64,000 bases of DNA from Eledone cirrhosa (Eukaryota): contig OZ024743.1 of assembly GCA_964016885.1 (NCBI GenBank), forward strand, positions 146,382,001 to 146,446,000, read 5' to 3'. The notes beneath the pieces are model-generated. The model was not told the origin of the DNA. It did no database searches and saw nothing but the letters and a program-made list of their open reading frames with translations. The first letter of the stretch is position 1; every line of letters starts with the position of its first letter. Positions 55,447 through 64,000 of the stretch are shown in pieces. The translations under genes were made by a program, and so were the position numbers.

Positions 55447-56199
55447 TTTTGAGTGATTTGTCAAGATATTTTATTGATTGTTTATAGATGTAATAAACTC
55501 TGATGATTCCTACAGTTTGTACTGACTAACAGCAGATTGTTAAATAAAATAATTTGCTGTTAAATATACATTCTTATAAGAAGAAACAATTGTCAGTAAT
55601 TAAATGTCTTAACCCTTTAGCATTTAAACTGGTCATATCCTGCTAGAATTCTGTTCAAACCAGCTGTGAGCAGCCACTTATACCGTTGTTTAGGTATTTT
55701 TCTCAAAATAAATATCAAAATCATTCGATATTATGTGAAATAACTATTTGAGATAAAGCCTTTATTGCGAAAATAGAATAGTATATATTGTGTAATGTAA
55801 ATGCTAAAGAGTTAAACATTTAAAATTGATTAGTCACTTCATTACAATTATACATTGGCTCTGCTTGATTTATTTATCATAGCAATGAGCTAAAATACAC
55901 CTGTTGAATGAGTAAAACCTATTTCTTACTCTCATAAATATTATTATTATTATTATATGTATATATATATATAACAAAGAGAGTGTGGTAAGATACCAGG
56001 TGGACCATAACGCACCAGAGTACTCAATACTTAGGGTAGTAGAGTGGGTAATAAGAAAAGAGTTAGGATCCCGTTAGGGTCCTAACTCCTTTCCTATATA
56101 TAGATGTTTTAATTTATATGTGATAGATATTAATGGGACTGGCATTAAAGTTTGTCCTTTGAAGACATGCATACCTGAAGTGAGAGTCTACCTATCTTT

Positions 56200-56470
56200 T
56201 CATATAAAGATGAGGTAGAGTAATAGCATTTAACTACAGCGCAGTAAACAAGCTGCTGGATTGTGCATGTCTGAAAACTTCAGTATGAGGAATTGGGTCC
56301 TTCCAAATGATTCCAAGGATATATTGTAGACAGCAGATGTGGAAAGTTCCAATGTTCTCATTTGTTTCCTTTAGAACATTCATGGATTTCATCCATAAAC
56401 AATGGCCTTTGTATCAAAACAAACAGTCCAGTACAAGAAGATAACCTCATGCAAGCGACCAAATGCTAAA
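56200..56470 (-). pseudogene. Decayed RTE (BovB-like) fragment
   Basis: Minus strand FHICCLQYILGIIWKDPIPHTEVFRHA (consensus FHxRCLRxILxIxWxDxVPNxEVLxRA). Confidence 0.6.
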
Positions 56471-56479
56471 GAGGCTTGA

Positions 56480-56826
56480 GGGTGGATTGGCAGTATCAGT
56501 AACGTATCAGGCATCATACTTTGCAGCATAGAGTTATGGCCCTTTGCGTTCTGAGTTCAAATACCGCCGAGGTTAACTTTGCCTTTCATCCTTACAGGGT
56601 TGATAAAATAAAGTACCAGTAATTCACGGGTAATTGTTGGCCTTGTGCCAAAAGTAGAAAAAATTATTTTAAGGGCATTGGATTGGCAGTATCGGTAGAG
56701 CGTCAGACACCATGCTTTTCAGCATAGAGTTATGGCCCTTTACGTTCTGAGTTCAAATCCTGCCGAAAAGCACCAGTAATAAACTTGGGTAATTGCTGGC
56801 CTTGTGCCAAAAGTAGAAACTATTAT
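56480..56826 (+). mobile_element. Two tandem family A SINEs (second internally deleted)
   Basis: Match to the family A consensus. Confidence 0.8.
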
Positions 56827-57173
56827 TAAATTCCGCAATCACTAGAGAGGAAATTTATTTTATATATGTGATAGCCTTTATCATAGATGAATGTATTCTT
56901 AAGCCTTTTGATAACAAACTGACTAAAACTATCCTTAATTCTACCATAGAAATTGTTTGTTTCAAAGTGTTTATATTTATATGAAAATCTTCCATCATAA
57001 TTCTCTGTAAGAACCTTTGTATGTTATGTTCCAAGCATCAACTTGATTAGGAAGTTAGTTATATTACTAGATCCCTCCAAATTCCTGATTATTTTCAAAA
57101 TGATTCAAAAATAATAGGCAGTGCCTTTCATTAAAAATATGGTACTGAAAGAGTTAAATAGCCAAGAACATAC

Positions 57174-57330
<157 letters not shown>

Positions 57331-58027
57331 AAAAATATAACAGAGAAAGACATATGTATGCATAGTATATGAGCAAGACAAGGTCAGTCGACTGGCCACT
57401 GCCCACAACAGGACAACCCGTCTAACCCATGCTAGCGTGGAAGAATGGATGTAAAACGGTGATGATGAAGACGATGATGATAATATATATATATACATAC
57501 AGATAATTGTAAACAGTGGTAATAGCACATAAATAGTGACAAGATAGAAAAAACAAGAGAGAGTAAGATAGATAGATAGAGAGATAAAGAAAGAGAGAGG
57601 GGGAAAAGAGAGAGAGAGGGGAATATAGTAATTTAAACAGTGACATTGAGATAGTGGAATGGTAGCTGTTCATGTTTCGACCTTATGTTGACAACTTTCT
57701 ACTCATTATTGCCACTAGTTTTCCCCCAAGTTAAGTATGTAGGGAAACTAGCTGACGTTTTGTGACAGATGGTTAATATGAGAAGAATTATTTTCCTATT
57801 TTGCTAAAAAGCCCACACACAGTGCCTGCATGTGATACTTGAACTTAACCAATATACTGATTGTGGTTCTTTAACAAGGTGTCTGCTTAAATAGGAGCTT
57901 ACCATTTGAGCTCTCTTTTTAACTCCTGCCTACAATAAACTACAGTGTCATTATCAACCCAACCCCCAGAACTATCATCTGTCACACCATTAAAAAATCT
58001 ACCCCAGAAATATCAGGAACAGCATCA

Positions 58028-58207
58028 TGGATTGGCAGTATCAGTAGAGGGTTGGATGCCATGCTTTCCAGCATAGTTACGTCCCTTTACGATCTGAGTT
58101 CAAATCTCGCCGAGGTTGACTTTGCCTTTCATCCTTACGGGGTCGATAAAATAAAGTACCAGTAATGCACTGGGTAATTGCTTTGTGTCTAAAGTAGAAA
58201 CAATTAT
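58028..58207 (+). mobile_element. Family A SINE
   Basis: Match to the family A consensus. Confidence 0.85.
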
Positions 58208-58948
58208 CAATTCAACCCTAACAATATCAGCAATAGCAACAAAACTGAATAGATGCAGGAGCCTCTACTTAGTTACTTGACATGCTAGAAATAGCAGTCA
58301 TATCTCCATGAAATTATACTAGAGTGTTTAAAAGATAAAGAAGACACTGGACAATATAGTTCTAGGCTTACAAAGATAGGGCATAATCTCATGTGGAATA
58401 CTCTTGACCTGTGGTTAAACAACAACAAAAGGTGCAAAATCATACTACATCTCATGTCTTTATAGCTCTACAGCTCACAAAGTGGCCTCTACATGGTCAA
58501 ACTGCTAGTTCATGGTTATGAAGTTAGTTGCCATATCCATGAGAAAATTTGTTTTCTCACTGCAGTTTGTCACTCACTGCTCTGCTTTCCTTAATGCCAT
58601 TGCTACCAAAATTGAACATAATGGATCAAACTACAAAACCACAGACTCAGTCTCTATTGTCATCCTCACGTAATGACTCATTAAAGCTTTCATATTTCAG
58701 ACACTTCCTTTCATGAATCCAGTCCTTATTGCTCTCCAAAAAAAACAAAAAAACAAGAAAAATACAAAAAAAGAAAAACAAAACACCGTCCATTTTGTTC
58801 AGGTGTAGTTGTATTCTTTCCACAGTACTTGGTTACATGAGTTCCTTCTCCAAATCCACCTGCATCTTCCAGTTATTCATACCATTTAAAAGAATTTGTT
58901 GTCATAGACTTCCTCTACTGAAGCTTCTGTATGTTCATTATCTTTCAC

Positions 58949-59134
58949 GGTGGATTGGCAGTATCGGTAGAGGGTCGGACGCCATGCTTTCCAGCATAGT
59001 TACGTCCCTTTACGATCTGAGTTCAAATTCCGCCGAGGTTGACTTTGCCTTTCATCCTTACGGGGTCGATAAAATAAAGTACCAGTAATGCACTGGGTAA
59101 TTGCTGGCCTTGTGCCTAAAGTAGAAACAATTAT
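58949..59134 (+). mobile_element. Family A SINE with TSD
   Basis: ATTATCTTTCA occurs on both sides (~58937 and ~59130). Confidence 0.85.
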
Positions 59135-59527
59135 CTTTCATATTGAAAACTTCAGGACACATCTTGTGTAATATCTGCCTGCATTCATCATGTTTCTCTG
59201 CAATGCAAGTTTGTTTTTAAGGAATATGTTAAAAAGTTAAGAAATAGGAATAATGAATAAAGAACTGTTGTTATAGGTATTTGTCTTTGCCCTGTTGTAT
59301 GTAGCATAGTATGTAGTTTTATGTAAAATAAAATATATGTATATTTATGGTAGTGTTGGGTGTGACAATTTCTTATATAAAACTTGTCTTTGCCAAACTT
59401 TCAAATGTTTACATTCTTTTACAATTCTGTGACACAGCCTCAGCCTTCATAATAAAAAAAATCACTCAATCCTACAATAATGATGAAATTTAAAATGACT
59501 GTAGATAAACACACACAAACACACATA

Positions 59528-61234
59528 TCATCATCATCATCATCATCATCATTACCGTTTTACGTCCGTTCTTCCATGCTAGCATGGGTTAGATGGGTTG
59601 TCCTGTTGTGGGCAGTGTCTGGTCGGCTGACCGTGCCTTGATCATACAGGAACTGATTTTGGCTTGATTTCTACAGCTGGATGCCCTTCCTAACACCAAC
59701 CTCATTTACAGTGAGTGCTGGGTGCTTTTTTCCGTGGCACCTACGCGTCCACTTTACAGTGTGGACTGGGTGCTTTTTTGCCGTGGCACCTCCACGACCA
59801 CTTTGCAGTGGGAGGGTGTGGGGCATATTGTCTATATGCTTCAGCTTGTACCCATGGGAGGTCGGGTACTCTGTATTACTGCGTGACGCCAGAGGTCACA
59901 GTCGTGTGTCATCACCTTTGAGCGGTGTAATTGGGTAAGGTCGGCTTTTATCACCTCATCCAAGGTCATCTTGGGTCTCCCCACTCCATGGTTTCCATTG
60001 ACTGCTAGTGGTCTGCACCTTTTTATGCAGCTGTCACCCTTCATATGCATCACATGTCCATACCAACGCAACCGCCTCTCCTGCACACAGCATTTGATTC
60101 CTCTTATGCTCAGTCTCTCTCTCAATTCATTTATGCTTTGCCGTTCGCGTATATTACTATTACACATCCATCGGAGCATGCCGGCTTCGTTTCTTTCTAA
60201 TCTATGTAAGTCTTCCACCTTCAGTGCCCAGGTCTCACTACCATGTAATGTTGCTGCTCGGATACATGCATCATACAGTCTGCCTTTCATTTTGAGGGAG
60301 AAGCCTTTTGCAGCTAGCAGTGGCAGTAGTTTCCTGAACTTCTTCCATCCCGTTCTTACCCTAGTTATTGTACTTTCTGAACACCCACCTCTGCTGCTAA
60401 TTTGGTCACCTAGGTAGCAGAAACTGTCTACTGTTTCTACAGAGCCCTCCCAGAGATTGGTGGTACTTGTTTCCTGTGGCTGTTTGCTGCTTGCTGTCCC
60501 AGTACAGCTGCTACATGTGAAGCCTACATTCTTAATTAAGCTTCTTGAGATCCCACTACATCTCTTGTGTACCCATTGTTTGCATTTGGGGCAGAGAATG
60601 GAGTTCCTACCTACACCTTTCCTACATACTGAGCAAGGCCATTTCCCTGAGGGGATCTGGGTTCTGTTTTCTCGTCTACTTACAAGGACCTTAGTCTTTG
60701 TCATGTTGACTTTGAGACCCTTTCTTTCTAGTCCCTGCTTCCATGTTTGAAATTTCTTCTCTAGTTCTACCATAGATTCAGCTATAAGTGTGAGGTCATC
60801 TGCATACAGGAGTTCCCATGGGCATCCGGTCTTGAACTCCTCCGTTATTGCCTGCAGGACTATGATGAACAGGAGAGGGCTAAGAACAGAGCCCTGGTGG
60901 ACACCAACCTGTACGCTAAATTCCTCGCTATACTCATTGCTAATCCTAACTTTGCTGACTGCTCCTCTATACATGGCTTGTACAGCTTTCACAAGCCATT
61001 CATCTACTCCTAGTTTTCTAAGAGCCCACCAGATTATAGCACGTGGAACTCTGTCAAAGGCTTTCTCGAGATCGACGAATGCCAGGTAGAGTGGCTTACT
61101 TTTAACTAGGTACTTTTCCTGTAACTGCCTCACAAGGAAGAGGGCATCAGTGGTGCCTCTTCCTGGTACAAACCCAAATTGCATCTCATCTAGTTTCACC
61201 CGGTCCCTAATCAACTGTGCTATAACTCTTTCTG
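59528..61234 (-). mobile_element. 5'-truncated RTE-clade LINE: RT domain, PHD finger, long 3' UTR
   Basis: Open ORF 59841-~61234: QFGFVPGRGTTDA, FVDLEKAFD, GVHQGSVLSPLLF, LYADD, then CSVC..CPKC..WVHKRC..CSSC, YLG, RRLRWYGH. (ATG)n tail. Confidence 0.95.
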
Positions 61235-61246
61235 TATATATATAAT

Positions 61247-61306
<60 letters not shown>

Positions 61307-61307
<1 letters not shown>

Positions 61308-61935
61308 CATCATCATCATCACCACCATATAACATCCATTTTTCCATGTTAGCATGGGTTAGACAAGTTGTCCAGACAAGTTGTCTGCCAAGCCAGAGTA
61401 GATGACTGTGTCCTGCTCACACTGGGTCGATTTTGGCTTGGTTTCTATGGCTGGATGCCCTTCCTAACACCATCCACATTTGCAGTGTGTATTGGGTGCT
61501 TTTCTCGTGGCACTAACATGACCACTTAACAGTGTGGACTGGGTGCTTTTCATCATGACATCTACATGACCACTTAACAGCGTGGACTGCACCTACACGA
61601 CCCCTTTACTGTGTGACTGGGTGCTTTTTGTCATGACACTTACATGATTACCTTACAGTGTAGATTGGGTGCTTTTTGCTGTGACACCAGGAATGACCAC
61701 TTTATAGTGTGGACTGGGGCTGGGGGAGGTACATGGGGATTGGCGAGGTAGATCTAGGGTGGAGTACTTATCAGGTGAGGGGTAGATCAAAGGAGGGATG
61801 TTAGGGCATTGAAGTTGTATGGAAAGGGGAGGTAAAGGAGAGCAGTGCATACTAGATGTATGTTTGAACCTGTGCACATTAGAAGGTGGGACTTCTGTAT
61901 TACATAATGTCAGAGATCTCGATCCTATGTCATCG

Positions 61936-61940
<5 letters not shown>
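61307..61940 (-). mobile_element. Family C element with expanded internal ~36-nt tandem repeats
   Basis: Repeated GACCACTTAACAGTGTGGACTGGGTGCTTTT units; RTE-type 3' end with (CAT)n. Confidence 0.7.
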
Positions 61941-62018
<78 letters not shown>

Positions 62019-63439
62019 GAAGTACACAATGAGATATGTGTTTAATCACCAGAGTGACAAACGTAATACCTACGGAAGGAATGGTGAATACAAATCAATA
62101 AAAAGAATATATTAAAGTGTACTAACCATCCGATTATAACAATACACCCGGACATGTGTATGAATAAGAGTATGTTTTGCTATAAAAAGTGAAGAATCGA
62201 TATTGTAGATGTTGATTTATAAAGAGCTCTGAATCTATTCCTTGAGCTAATTAGATTATAGGGGTTTAATGTGAGTTTTTAACTCCATTTTTTAACGGTA
62301 CTACTCATATTAATTTAGTACTCAAATAGGTTCCTGCCACATAGGTAAATAGATGTTTCTAGCAGTTAACATAGCATCATAATACCAAAGCCGTTCCATA
62401 TATATACTGTCATCAGAGTATGAAAAGAAAAGTGTGATGTAACAGATTTTGCTTTTATTTACACTTGACAGAGAAATCAGACAGACACAGCAAAAACCAG
62501 AAATAATGCAAACTCCACCACTGTCTCTGTGTGAAAAGAACTTTACAAGAAAAATCAAACAATTAAAGCCACAAGCAAAAACAATATTTAAATACAGCCG
62601 ACAAAAGTTGACTATTAATATGGATAATGTTGAAATATAATCTCTTTGGACAGTATTGTTTTATTTTCAGTTTCAATCTCGTGTTCTTTTATAAAGCTCT
62701 TTTACACTCAAAGAGACAGTAGCAGTGTTCACAGTATTCCAATTTTCATCTTATCTGCACATTTGTTTCGACAATATAAATGGAAGTACAAATGTTACAT
62801 CTCTTTGTCTTTGTCTCATGAAGATGTCATAGACATGGATTAGTATAGATACTATATTTACAACTAGAAACATATTTATCCATCTGTCAGGTATTTGATA
62901 TGGTAATGTTTACATATTGAATTGCTATGTGTAATAACATTCCCTTTTCTTGAGCGATTTAGATTTCAGTTGGTGATATATATTCATGCACACTAACATT
63001 ACACATCCAGTGAAGGATGCTTGCTTCATTTCTTTTTAGCTGTTGCACATCTTCTGCACTTAAGACCCATGTCTCACTGCCATGCAGCATTGCAGTTCAA
63101 ACACATGCATCATATAATTTGCTCTGCACTTTGCACCCCCTCCTGTGTCTGGTCATGACATGGCAGGGGGGTTTACACGTTCTATAGATCTGAGAGAGTG
63201 TTACCGTCTGAAGCTTTGCTCCTGGTAGAGTGACCCTTGGTGGGCTGGTCTCCCAGGGATATTCCAAACAAATGGGGACCTGTGGGGCCTCAGTTTATCA
63301 CCAGGATGGCAGCTTCATCATTCGACTATACTGCAGCGGGCCAACAGCCCACCCAAGGTCATTGTCATCCTGAAACCAGAGTGTCACTAGGGTTCAGAGT
63401 GTCACTAGGAGGTCAAACATCTTCAACCAGAACCCTGTA

Positions 63440-63720
63440 TGATTGCCTTGCCCAATGTTCCATCCTGGCAACAATGCTCTTTAGCATCTACATGTGTGGT
63501 ATGCCCAGGAAAACTTCTAAGAAATTTGCATATGTAGATGACATCACCTTGGCTACCCAATCTATTGATTTTGACAAACTCAACTTTACACTAACAGAAG
63601 ACCCAAAGAAGATGGAGGACTACTACTGCTACTGGTGCCTTCAGCTCAACTCATTTGTTCATAGAAATGTGATTGTGGGTGAGCATGGAGCAAATGAGTT
63701 TCTTAAATCATTTCATTGAG
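63440..63720 (+). pseudogene. Decayed non-LTR RT fragment (Vingi/Ingi-like)
   Basis: CLAQCSILATMLFSIY...KKFAYVDDITLATQ..F..L..LTED..MEDYYCYWCLQLN resembles GLPQGSVLAPxLFNxY...YADDxxLATQ. Confidence 0.65.
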
Positions 63721-64000
63721 AGGTAACACTGGAAAATAAACCCTTAAACATGTATTTAAGATATATAACCTGATAGATTTTCTCTTAGAAACACCTAGGA
63801 GAGAATCTTAATCAGAAAGCTATTGATATCGCTGTCAATTAATTAGTATTCCCACTGCTTTCAGAAGTGAATTGTACCAGTCACTACCTTCTTTCTGCTT
63901 GGTGGACAAAACTATACGGTAAGTGTCTCAGAAGTGATATTTATAGCAGAACAGACAGGAAAAGAATTAATCCTCATTAATAGTAGAGTAGGTATTGTTT

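Noticed and set aside
58949-59040. tRNA gene calls for A/B-box sequences
   Set aside because: No clean cloverleaf; they are heads of multicopy SINEs with TSDs.
61480-61715. CRISPR-like ~36-nt repeats
   Set aside because: Contiguous degenerate tandem units without unique spacers, inside a retroposon, in eukaryotic DNA with no cas genes.

Overview
AT-rich, microsatellite-saturated animal genomic DNA with no convincing host gene. The repeat repertoire (RTE LINEs with (CAT)n tails, tRNA-derived SINEs, long TA/CA/TACA tracts) suggests a mollusc, probably an octopus-like cephalopod; this is an inference. Nearly all listed ORFs are microsatellite artefacts or transposon relics: RTE LINEs (some with a PHD finger), a Penelope-like RT fragment, R4/Dong-like and Vingi-like fragments, mariner, Tigger/pogo, hAT and Tc1 MITEs, and a Helentron/HINE-like element. 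The most striking signal is non-coding. About ten short elements from several sequence families carry minimal type I hammerhead ribozyme motifs (stem I-CUGANGA-stem II-GAAA-short, mostly palindromic stem III-NUH-stem I). Several sit in long fold-back inverted repeats, which places a hammerhead on each strand. One has a clean target-site duplication, and one has a 420-nt circular-permutation-like terminal repeat. These look like non-autonomous Penelope-dependent, retrozyme-like hairpin elements. All motifs were read by eye; ribozyme activity is untested and many boundaries are approximate.
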